A stretch of 64,000 nt of DNA from assembly GCA_963664815.2 (NCBI GenBank), contig CAXXHB010000003.1:1760001-1824000 (forward strand). Direction: 5' to 3'. The notes under the pieces were generated by a model. It did not search any database and had not been told where the DNA came from. It was given only the letters and a program-made list of their open reading frames with translations. Shown here piece by piece: positions 42,159 through 51,270 of the stretch. Each line of letters begins with the position of its first letter. Within the stretch, counting starts at the first letter, position 1. The DNA is from Spirochaetota bacterium (GTDB lineage: Bacteria; Spirochaetota; UBA4802; UBA5550). Position numbers and translations under genes: made by a program.

Positions 42159-42700
42159 CGCCCCTATCCGCCCGATGGGCACCTTTCCCCATGGATGGGG
42201 AAAGGAGTGTAGGGAATGTTTACTGTAACCTCTCCCCCCATTTGTGGGGGGAGATGGCCGGCGGCCAGAGGGGGAGTGGCGGTTAATTGTGGCTGCTCTC
42301 CTGTACGGGAGTTTTCACGTGGTGTTATCCAGGTATTAACAAACAGGTGAAATCATCAATATAGCAGGTTACGCCCCTTCCCGCCCGATGGGCACCTTTC
42401 CCCAGGATGGGGCAAGGTGTGTAAGAAATGTTTACTGTTATTTCTCCACCCATTTATGGGGGGAGATGGCCGGCGGCCAGAGGGGGCGGTACGGTTCATT
42501 GTGGCTGCTCTCCTGTACGGGAGTTTTCACATGGTGTTATCCAGGTATGAACAAACAGGTGAAATCATCAATATAGCAGGTTACGCCCCTATCCGCCCGA
42601 TGGGCACCTTTCCCCATGGATGGGGCAAGGTGTGTAGGGAATGTTTACTGTTATTTCTCCACCCATTTAGGGGGGAGATGGCCGGCGGCCAGAAGGGGCG
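42159..42700. repeat. Tandem array of about 212-bp units (about 2.5 copies), each with an inverted pair of REP-like hairpins
   Basis: Units start at 42159, 42372 and 42584 with CGCCCCT(A/T)(T/C)CCGCCCGATGGGCACCTTTCCCC; each also has GGGGGGAGATGGCCGGCGGCCAGA. Confidence 0.92.
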
Positions 42701-42762
42701 GGCGCGATTTTTCGCAGTTGGTTTTGTAAAAAGAGATTAAATAAAGAGAGCGGCAGGAATAT

Positions 42763-43248
42763 ATGATACGTGAATTTAAACAGTCAGACATGGAGCAAGT
42801 GCTTACGATTTGGCTTGAAGCATCGATACTGGCTCATGATTTTATAGATAAAGAGTTCTGGGAATCGAAGGTCAATGACATGCGGGATATTTATATCCCT
42901 TCATCAGAGACATATGTATTCTGTACAGATGAAGCAGAGAGGGTATTGCAGTACGAAAACCCTCTCCCTGGGGAGAGGGTGCGCAGCCGCGCGGGTGAGG
43001 TCGTTAATGGTTTCATTTCGCTTGTTGACTATACAGTTGCGGCGCTCTTTGTTTCACCGGAATTACAGGGTAAAGGCATAGGGACTCAGCTGATAGATAA
43101 GGCAAAGTCAATCCGGGGCATCCTGGAACTTTGTGTTTATGAAAAGAACATGAAGAGTTTTGAGTTTTACAAAAAGTGCGATTTTTTCCCTGCCGGAGTG
43201 CAGGTTGATGAGAGGACGGGGGAAGCGGAGATTCTGATGAGGTTTTGA
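42763..43248 (+). CDS. GNAT N-acetyltransferase (YjaB/YiaC-like) with in-frame palindromic insertion
   Basis: AHDFI..EFW, ALFVSPELQGKGIG and FEFYKK; extra about 20 aa encoded by CCCTCTCCCTGGGAGAGGG. Confidence 0.85.
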   Translation: MIREFKQSDMEQVLTIWLEASILAHDFIDKEFWESKVNDMRDIYIPSSETYVFCTDEAERVLQYENPLPGERVRSRAGEVVNGFISLVDYTVAALFVSPELQGKGIGTQLIDKAKSIRGILELCVYEKNMKSFEFYKKCDFFPAGVQVDERTGEAEILMRF

Positions 43249-43434
43249 GGTTTATCAACAGATAGTTATACAGCAGATTATCCATGTTTCATTGAAAAAT
43301 AGATAATTATTAATGAATCTGGCAAAATAACGCTTTTCCCTTGACTTTATTGATTTTGTTATTAGAATATTGATACTTTTGAATATAAAATAAAAAGTCA
43401 TACAGGATGAGATAAGGATTGTGCATGGGCGTGA

Positions 43435-43602
43435 ATGCCCTCATCCCCCTGGCCCCCTTCTCCCATTTTGACGAATTGAAGAGGGCGAAGTGGTGAATAA
43501 TACGAAACCTGATGTTTAGCAGTAATAGTTCAGGATAAAGAACCCTCTCCCTCTTCTGAGCTTCAAATGGGAGAGGGTGGCCAGTAGGCCGGGTGAGGGC
43601 AT
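43435..43602. repeat. Inverted pair of REP-like palindromic elements
   Basis: ATGCCCTCA...CCCCTTCTCCC and CCCTCTCCC...GGGAGAGGG...GGGTGAGGGCAT. Confidence 0.75.
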
Positions 43603-43657
43603 GTTGATTACAGGCTTGAATACATTTATAAGAAATCATCAATAAACAGGTCAGTAT

Positions 43658-43999
43658 ATGAGTTATATTAAAAGAGCTATAAGTATACGCCAGCCATTTG
43701 TTGAAGCGATTCTTGATGGTAAAAAGACCATTGAGTACAGGTCAAGAAAAACCAATATCAGGGAACGTGTTTATATCTATGCCAGCCTTGGTAAAAGGGA
43801 CAAAGACGATTTTGATGAATATGGTTATGATCCGGATAAATGTCCGCGCGGTGCAATTGTAGGTTCAGTTGAGATTATTGATTGTACAGGCAGGGATGGT
43901 GATTACCAGATTCATTTAGCTAATCCGCAGAGGCTGGATACTTTTTTAAAGCCGGTTAATCAACCGCAGCCTATGTTCTGGATACCGCAGTTTGAGTGA
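43658..43999 (+). CDS. ASCH domain protein
   Basis: AISIRQP, GKKTIEYR, IYAS and GAIVGSV. Confidence 0.92.
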   Translation: MSYIKRAISIRQPFVEAILDGKKTIEYRSRKTNIRERVYIYASLGKRDKDDFDEYGYDPDKCPRGAIVGSVEIIDCTGRDGDYQIHLANPQRLDTFLKPVNQPQPMFWIPQFE

Positions 44000-44039
44000 T
44001 GGGTGTGGTGGCGCAGGAGTTATAACATAGACATTGAGC

Positions 44040-44234
44040 CGGGCATCTCGGTACACCGCCTTGTTGCAATTCATGAAACTAGGTGTGGTTCAAGCGGCAC
44101 TCGATGACCGGACTTGTAGTGAGAAGTACAGGTGTTGCATTTACTGGTTTTGATTAAGGCGGTCATCGAGTGACAGCGCGATTAAGTGAGGGCTATTGCT
44201 GTGAGTTTATTGCGCTGTTGTATCGAGATGCCCG
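44040..44234. repeat. Inverted pair of palindromic repeats of a different family
   Basis: CGGGCATCTCGGTACA/TGTATCGAGATGCCCG outer arms; CACTCGATGACCG/CGGTCATCGAGTG inner arms. Confidence 0.8.
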
Positions 44235-44292
44235 TATGTAGATGATGATATTGTTGTAAAGTGATGTTGTTGATTATAGGTAATTTTACTGC

Positions 44293-44500
44293 GCAAAACG
44301 TTCAGATCCAGGTTCATATGTGAAATGCGCGTAAGAAGACGATAGGCAAAATGTCGCAAGCTCCATTTTGCCTATCGGAGGCGCGGGTTTCCCCGCGATA
44401 GTCTTCGGTGGCTTGCGCCACCTTCGCCTATCTGCGGGTAAACGAAATGCTTCCGTGCTTTGCACGTCGCACGATCGTTTAACCAGCGCCTTCGTTATGT
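44293..44500 (+). other. attC-like recombination site 1
   Basis: GCAAAAC ... GTTATGT ends; several internal hairpins such as GATAGGCAAAATG/CATTTTGCCTATC. Confidence 0.6.
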
Positions 44501-45706
44501 GTAATGCCCGTTTGAATGCCGGAGACATCGGTAACACAAAATTATTAACTATAAGAGGTATTATGAAACAAGTTGAAGAAATAAAAAATAGAATTGAGAC
44601 AGGCAATTCACTGTTGTTTTGTGGTGCAGGATTTTCAACAGGATGTAAAAACTTACTTAATTCATACCCTCTTGAAGCTAAAGAGTTATCCAAAAAAATA
44701 TGTGAATTAGGGCAATTCGATCAAGACGAAGATTTAATGTATTCATCAGATTACTTAATAAATAAAATTCCAAATAAAATCAATGATCTAATACAAATGT
44801 TAAAAAATCATTATACAATCAAAGAGGTTTCTGAAGGAGTTAAGGTAATATGTAGCTATAATTGGAGAAGGATATATACAACAAATTATGACAATTCAAT
44901 ATGTTTTTCTTTTAATCAACAAAACAAATATATAGATTGCTTAACTTTAGAAGATAATCCTCAAGAATTTTATAAGAATCATAATAATGTAATTCAAATA
45001 AATGGAAATATAACAAAATTAAATAAAGAAACTTTAAATAATAGCTTTAAGCTTACTCGATCATCATATGTTTCAACAAGCAGTTTTGAAAACTCAAATT
45101 GGTATTATCCATTTAAAAAAGATTTAGAAATTTGTAACGCTATTATCTTCATTGGTTATTCATTATATGACATAGAAATCGAAAAAATATTGTTTAATGG
45201 AAATTATAAAGAAAAAACATTTTTTATAACACATCCGGATATTTCGAGTAAAGCTAAGTATACATTAGAAAAATATGGAATAGTATTAACATCAGGCTTA
45301 GAGTTATTTGCAAATGAACTTAATTATTTCGATCCCTCATGTATTAATACTAATTTCCATTCTTTGCTTTGTCTAGATTTATATAAATCGCAAAACATTA
45401 ATAAGCCAATTGATGATTTGCAGATAAATAATTTTTTTCTGCATGGCGATTTAGAAACAAGCTATATTGATCATTTCATAACTGGTAATCCTGAAGCTCC
45501 CTATTTAATTATGAGAGATAAAGTAAATGAAATTTGTTCATCCTTAAAAAATAATCAAAGTATTGTTATATATTCTGATTTTGGAAATGGTAAAAGTCTT
45601 ATCCAGGATTTGATAAAATCAATTTTAACAATAGAAGGTCTTGATCTTCCCCTGATATAGTGGACATTAAGTTAAGCCGAAAATATAATAAATTTGGAGG
45701 CTTACA

Positions 45707-45997
45707 ATGTCAGAGAGAAGTAAATACAGCCCGGAATTTAAGAAAGAGGCTGTAGAATTATTAAGAACCAGCGGAAAGACATCACTTGAAATAGCGAATG
45801 ATCTTGGGATTAAAAGAGATAATCTATTGCGCTGGAATAGGGAAATTGAAACAGAGGAAAGGAATTCCGGGACAATAACAATAAATCCTCAGGATAGTGA
45901 AGAAATTAAACGACTCAAGAAGGAAATGTTGATTCTTAAGCAGGAGCGTGACATTCTAAAAAAGGCTCTGGGCATATTCTCGAAACCACAAGAATGA
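45707..45997 (+). CDS. IS3 transposase OrfA
   Basis: YSPEFKKEAV HTH; LKQERDILKKA; A6G slippery site at 45958-45964. Confidence 0.93.
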   Translation: MSERSKYSPEFKKEAVELLRTSGKTSLEIANDLGIKRDNLLRWNREIETEERNSGTITINPQDSEEIKRLKKEMLILKQERDILKKALGIFSKPQE

Positions 45998-46863
45998 AAT
46001 ATGAATTCATCAAGGAACAGAGTACTGAATTTCCAGTATCGAGGATATGCCAGATTATGGATGTGAGTAAAAGCGGTTATTATGCCTGGCTGAAAGCTCC
46101 AAAGAGTATAAGAGGGCTTGAAAATGAAATACTATTGGAGAGGATAAAATCATCACATGAATCAAGCGGAGAGAGCTATGGCAGCCCCAGAATTCATCAG
46201 GATTTACTTGAAGAAGGTATTTTCTGCGGAATACATAGGGTTGAGAGGCTGATGAATGTGAATGGGATTCATGCAAAGACAAAGAAAAAATTTAAGGCAA
46301 CCACTGATTCGGGTCATTCTTTGCCAGTGTCTGAGAATATACTAGACAGGAATTTTACTGTTGAAGAGAAAGATAAAGTATATGTGTCAGATATAACCTA
46401 TATCTGGACATTAGAAGGCTGGCTGTATTTATGTATAGTAATGGATTTATTTTCCAGAATGATAGTCGGATGGTCAATGGCAAATCATATGAGAGCTGAA
46501 CTTGTTGAAGATGCTTTTAACATGGCCTGTATGAGAAGAAATCCGGGCCCTGGCCTGATATTCCATTCTGATAGAGGTAAACAATATGCCAGCAAATCCT
46601 TCAGGGAATTACTTGAATCAAAGAAATGTATTCAGAGTATGAGCAGGAATGGCAATTGCTGGGATAATGCCTGTGCTGAATCTTTATTTCATTCGATGAA
46701 AACAGAAGAATTTTATTTTAATATTTACAAAACAAGGAATGAGGCTAAGAGAAGTATCTTTAGATATATTGAAATATTTTATAACCGTAAAAGAAGGCAT
46801 TCACATCTGGGTTATAAAAGTCCGGAGATTTTTGAAAGATTAAATCTTAAAATAATGGCTTAA
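45994..46863 (+). CDS. IS3 transposase OrfB (DDE)
   Basis: YGSPRI, SDITYI, HSDRGKQY, GNCWDNA.AES and YNRKRRHS. Confidence 0.95.
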   Translation: MKYEFIKEQSTEFPVSRICQIMDVSKSGYYAWLKAPKSIRGLENEILLERIKSSHESSGESYGSPRIHQDLLEEGIFCGIHRVERLMNVNGIHAKTKKKFKATTDSGHSLPVSENILDRNFTVEEKDKVYVSDITYIWTLEGWLYLCIVMDLFSRMIVGWSMANHMRAELVEDAFNMACMRRNPGPGLIFHSDRGKQYASKSFRELLESKKCIQSMSRNGNCWDNACAESLFHSMKTEEFYFNIYKTRNEAKRSIFRYIEIFYNRKRRHSHLGYKSPEIFERLNLKIMA

Positions 46864-48259
46864 CAAAGTGTCCATTTTTTCGGGGGAACATCATCTAAAT
46901 GTTTATTCAGTTAACTTGGATGATATAAAATGTTTTGAAAAAGATTTTGAAAGTATATTAGATAATACAAAACAATCTATTATTTGTATTGATGGATATT
47001 CAAAATATTTAGATATATTAGATTATATTTCGAAAGTTAAATCAGATAAAATTACTTTGTGTTTGACTGAAAGAACAAATAATCATCAACATTTCAGAAA
47101 TGAACTATCAGAAAAAATTGAATTTTATGAATATAATACTGATATATTAGTTAAAGATTCTGAAATCAGAAGATTAATTGAAATTATTGACAATTTGGGT
47201 TATTGGAAAGAAAAGATAAATTGGGGTATTGAAAGAAAGAAAAATTATATTCTTAATGATTGCAAAGGACAAATTTCAAATGTATTGCTTGACGTTTTTA
47301 ACTCGCCACAAATGCTCAACAAAACAAGAGAAATTTTAGAAGAGTTATTAAATCAAGATAGTTTTAAAAAAACAGTATTTGCTATTTGCTTGGTTGAAAT
47401 ACTTGGCTATCAATGTACAGATAGTTTAATATCTTCTATTGCAGGTAATAGCGAAATTTATAATCCGAATCTTACAAATTCACAAGCTTTTCGTGAAATA
47501 TTCCACTCGCATAAAGGTAAGTTATATACAAAGTCATCTCTATTCTCTTTGTTTCTTCTAAATAATATTTTTTCATCATCATATATCGTTGAGCAGCTTC
47601 TTGAAGTAGTTAGTCGGTATAACGTACAACGTTCAGATAGTTCAGAATCGAAGTTTATTTTTAAAGAACTTATTAGATTTTCATTTGTTCAAAGAATACT
47701 ACCGGAAAAAAATAAGAAGTCGGGTTTAGTTTCTTTTTATCAAAATTTAAAAGTAAAAGTAGAATGGTTAGCAAGAGATCCTCATTTTTGGCTGCAATAC
47801 GGAATGTCTGAATTAATGTTTAATAATTTTAAAAAAGCTCAAGAATATTTGGATAATGCATATGAGCTAATTAGAAACAGAAATGACAATTATACATATG
47901 ATTCTTCATATATAGATACTCAGCAGGCAAAGCTATATTTACTAAAAAGTCTTGAAGATCAAAATGGTGAAATAATTTTTGAATATTTCCAGAAAGCTCA
48001 TTCGCTTCTTGCACATTTGCAAAATGATCAATATAAATTTCGACAACTGCTTAATTATGTTGAAGTATATAAAACCAAATTCAACTTGTTATCAAAAACA
48101 CGAAAGAAAGATTTTATTCTTGCATGTAAGTATATTGTAGATCAAATTGAAAATCAAAATCCACATTCTATAGTGACTAATGACTATATTAAGATAAAAT
48201 GTTTATCTGAAATTAAAAAAATTATCATTCAGTCAGGAATATAATACGATTAAATCAAT

Positions 48260-48372
48260 GGGCACTACACATAATAACAAAGCTCATGCGCTTCACTTCC
48301 TGGCGGTCGTTCGAGCTACGCGAAATCGTGGCGAAAAGACTACCGTGATTTCGCATCAATAAGACATTGTGC
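48260..48372 (+). other. attC-like recombination site 2 (degenerate)
   Basis: GGGCACTACACATAA(TAA)C complements GTTATGTGTAATGCCC at 44494; internal GCGAAATC/GATTTCGC hairpin; ends ATTGTGC. Confidence 0.6.
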
Positions 48373-48462
48373 AAATGTGCCGAGCATATTTTTTTCATGG
48401 GCGCTCGTCCTGTCTGCCCATTTGTGACGTAATATAATAGATTTCAAATTAGATAAATAACT

Positions 48463-50487
48463 ATGAAAAATTTAGAAAATAATAATCCAAACAAGCACAT
48501 AGAAGATTATCTCAATTTTTATTTCAAACTTTCTAAGCCTGACTTTGCTGTACTATTAACTGGTGAGTGGGGAAGTGGAAAAACTTGGTTTATAAACGAG
48601 GTAACAAAAAATTATTCAGCCACCCAAGGAAAAGAAAAAAATGATCTATTTCTTTTTATTAGTCTTTATGGGATGACTGATATATCTGAAATAGATCAAC
48701 AAATATTTGAAAAACTTCACCCTGTTATTAGTTCAAAACCTGTAAAATATTTAGGAAACATTATTAATGGTGCCCTTAAAATGGGTTTTAAATTAAATTT
48801 AGATTTAAACAAAGATGATAACGAAGAAAGTGAAATAGGCATAAATTCTGAGAGTTTAAGTTCAGTATTTAATTTATTTACAATAAAAACAGATAAGATA
48901 ATAATAATTGATGACATTGAACGATGCTTTATAAAACCTCAAAGACTTTTTGGATATATTAATACTTTCGTTGAACACCAAAGAGCTAATGTTGTTTTAA
49001 TATCTCATGAAGAAGAATTATTTGAAAAGAAAGATGAGAAAAATAATAAATTAGAAAACTCAAAACGATTTAAGGAAAAAACTATTGGTGCCACATTTAA
49101 AGTTGAATCTTGTGTAAATGAAGCTTTTAATTCATTTATTGACTTAATTGAAAGCAAAGAAAAAGATGTTCTAAATATACATAGTGACTTAATTCTTAAT
49201 GTCTATAACAGGCTTGACTATCATAATCTTCGTAATTTAAAACAAGCAATTCAAAACTTCCCATTCTTTTATAAACAATTTCCTGAAGGACTTCTTGATT
49301 ATAAATTGGAAAATTCATTGAGATATTTTATGAATGAAGAAAATAAGCATTATAGCTATATGGAAAGTACAATAGAAATGTATTTTTATCTTAAATTAGA
49401 AGGAAGCCAAGGATTAATAAATAATGAGAATTGGATAGAAGCAAAACAAATATTCAACAAGACTTATAATAATTACACAAAGCATCAACAAATTAAATCT
49501 AAAAATACAAACGATGACAATGATATACTGTTCCGTTCTATAATCAAACATGATCTTTTGGGGCTATACTGGTATAATGCAGTTATAGAAAATAAGAACT
49601 ACAGAGAAATTTTGGATGAAAAATTTTCAGAAATTAAAAAAGTTGATTCCGAAAAAGAACGCCCACTTTGGAAAATGCTTAATAATATTATAACTATGTC
49701 TGAAGAGGAAGTGAAAAGCAATTATGAAAATTTAAAACGTGATTTTGAAGAATTAAAATATACTCATCCAGGCGAAATCCTTCATATAGCAGGTTTATTT
49801 ATATTGATGTCAAATCATGGTATCATACCTTTGAAAAGTGACGAAATAAAATCTCTGGTTCTTGAAATAATACATTTATTAACACAGAAAAGTATTATTA
49901 AACATTATCAAAATTTTTATGGTCTTCGTGATTCATATGGCAGTTATATATTTTCAGCTAAAGATGATCCTGTTTTTAAAGAAATTTATGAATTAAATGA
50001 AGCAAACAATAAAATAGTAAGTGAGAATAGTAAAATTTTAAGTTTAAAAAAAGACTTAGAGCAGTTACCTAAGAATTTTACAGAGTTTTGCAATGAATTA
50101 AGATATATAAATTATAATGGTAAGTATTCTGATTTTTCAGCACTTACTTATATAGAGAATACTGACGATTTTTTTACTTTTTTAACTGATGTTCAATCTT
50201 TTAACCTATCGACTTTTCTAAGTTTTCTTATGGAACGCTACGAAATCAAATATGGAAATGGTATAATCCGCCCAATTTTCAAAGATGAATATATATTTCT
50301 TGTGAAGCTTAAGGAATTCATTGAGTCAAAAATATTATTAAAAAACCGGCTATATAATATTTCATCATTTAAGTTTGCTCAAGATATAGAAAATTTAAAT
50401 TTAATCATTACACGATTTCAAGAAACATTTATAGAATTAACAGATAATTATGAAGAAAAAGAAAAAGAATATTTTAATAAACGGTAA
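48463..50487 (+). CDS. KAP-family P-loop NTPase
   Basis: LLTGEWGSGKTW, IIIDDIERC, FKEKTIG and NLRNL. Confidence 0.88.
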   Translation: MKNLENNNPNKHIEDYLNFYFKLSKPDFAVLLTGEWGSGKTWFINEVTKNYSATQGKEKNDLFLFISLYGMTDISEIDQQIFEKLHPVISSKPVKYLGNIINGALKMGFKLNLDLNKDDNEESEIGINSESLSSVFNLFTIKTDKIIIIDDIERCFIKPQRLFGYINTFVEHQRANVVLISHEEELFEKKDEKNNKLENSKRFKEKTIGATFKVESCVNEAFNSFIDLIESKEKDVLNIHSDLILNVYNRLDYHNLRNLKQAIQNFPFFYKQFPEGLLDYKLENSLRYFMNEENKHYSYMESTIEMYFYLKLEGSQGLINNENWIEAKQIFNKTYNNYTKHQQIKSKNTNDDNDILFRSIIKHDLLGLYWYNAVIENKNYREILDEKFSEIKKVDSEKERPLWKMLNNIITMSEEEVKSNYENLKRDFEELKYTHPGEILHIAGLFILMSNHGIIPLKSDEIKSLVLEIIHLLTQKSIIKHYQNFYGLRDSYGSYIFSAKDDPVFKEIYELNEANNKIVSENSKILSLKKDLEQLPKNFTEFCNELRYINYNGKYSDFSALTYIENTDDFFTFLTDVQSFNLSTFLSFLMERYEIKYGNGIIRPIFKDEYIFLVKLKEFIESKILLKNRLYNISSFKFAQDIENLNLIITRFQETFIELTDNYEEKEKEYFNKR

Positions 50488-50537
50488 AAAAAATTCATGT
50501 ATTTTACCGAATTAATGTGATATGGCGCACTACAATC

Positions 50538-50632
50538 GTACAACAAAGCTTATGCGCTTCACTCGCTTTGCTTGTACGGGCTAAGTCGTTTTCGATTTTG
50601 CGACCAAACGATACATAAGCAAAACATTAAAA
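50538..50632 (+). other. attC-like recombination site 3 (degenerate)
   Basis: GTACAAC; AACAAAGCTTATGCGCTTCACT nearly identical to site 2; GCTTATG/CATAAGC arms. Confidence 0.5.
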
Positions 50633-50686
50633 AAATGGCAATAATACCTAGACTGAACATCTGCCGAATAGAAGGATAAAAAAATA

Positions 50687-51211
50687 ATGCAGGGAATAGT
50701 ATTCAATGTAATAACAATTATTGTAGCAATTGCTGCGTTGATTATAAGCTTCATTTCTTTATATTATAGCATAAAAGTAGCCAGAGATGAAAGAGATTTC
50801 GAAACAAAGCTCGGCATAGTCAAAGAACTACAAAAAGCAAAGCTTGCTATCATGCAAATATATTCAAGTGATGGGGAACAAACTATCAATTTAAATCGAA
50901 AATATAAGGTACCTGAGTCGCTTGATATTACAACAACTTGGTGGGATGAAAAATCTAATAACCTTTTAGAATGGAATATGTTTACAATCTATGAACTTAA
51001 TGCTGCATATGAATCAATAAGGATGATAAAAAATAAAAAAGGGCAAAGTATAACTGGAACTGATCTGAAAAAAATAAACGATAATCTGGATTTAGTTTTT
51101 AAATATAATAGTAATTGGCTTATGTTTGGAGATGACCCCCAAAGCTATGACATATTCGTGAAGAATATTCAAAAAGGTCTCAAAGCATCAATGATAAAAA
51201 AACATATCTGA
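50687..51211 (+). CDS. Hypothetical single-TM protein
   Basis: N-terminal TM helix; AAGGA RBS. Confidence 0.7.
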   Translation: MQGIVFNVITIIVAIAALIISFISLYYSIKVARDERDFETKLGIVKELQKAKLAIMQIYSSDGEQTINLNRKYKVPESLDITTTWWDEKSNNLLEWNMFTIYELNAAYESIRMIKNKKGQSITGTDLKKINDNLDLVFKYNSNWLMFGDDPQSYDIFVKNIQKGLKASMIKKHI

Positions 51212-51270
51212 ATATGAGATAATCTAAGAGGGATTATATAATAAATGACAATTATATATAGAGACCCCCA

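Larger units (their letters stand above)
45642..46893 (+). mobile_element. IS3-family insertion sequence
   Basis: IRL TGATCTTCCCCTGATATAGTGGACA vs IRR reverse complement TGATGTTCCCCCGAAAAAATGGACA (20/25 match); 3-bp TCT target duplication. Confidence 0.96.
44563..48244 (+). pseudogene. SIR2-P-loop NTPase-TPR (Avs5-like) anti-phage gene interrupted by IS3
   Basis: FCGAGFS, YTTNYD and FIGYSLYD (SIR2_2); SDFGNGKS Walker A; DPHFWLQYGM TPR-like; removing the IS and one TCT rejoins IEGL|NVYSV in frame (808 aa). Confidence 0.85.

Noticed and set aside
42159-42700. CRISPR array
   Set aside because: Whole 212-bp units repeat, including the linkers; there are no unique spacers and no cas genes.
42388-42740. 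ORFs 42388-42576 and 42417-42740
   Set aside because: They are translations of the tandem repeat, with no RBS or protein-like features.
44368-44562. N-terminal extension of the SIR2 ORF in the ORF track
   Set aside because: It runs through the attC-like hairpins; AGAGG precedes ATG 44563, and the SIR2 motif starts shortly after.
46868-48244. Independent 458-aa gene
   Set aside because: Its GTG start lies inside the IS3 right inverted repeat; the rest is the 3' half of the interrupted gene.
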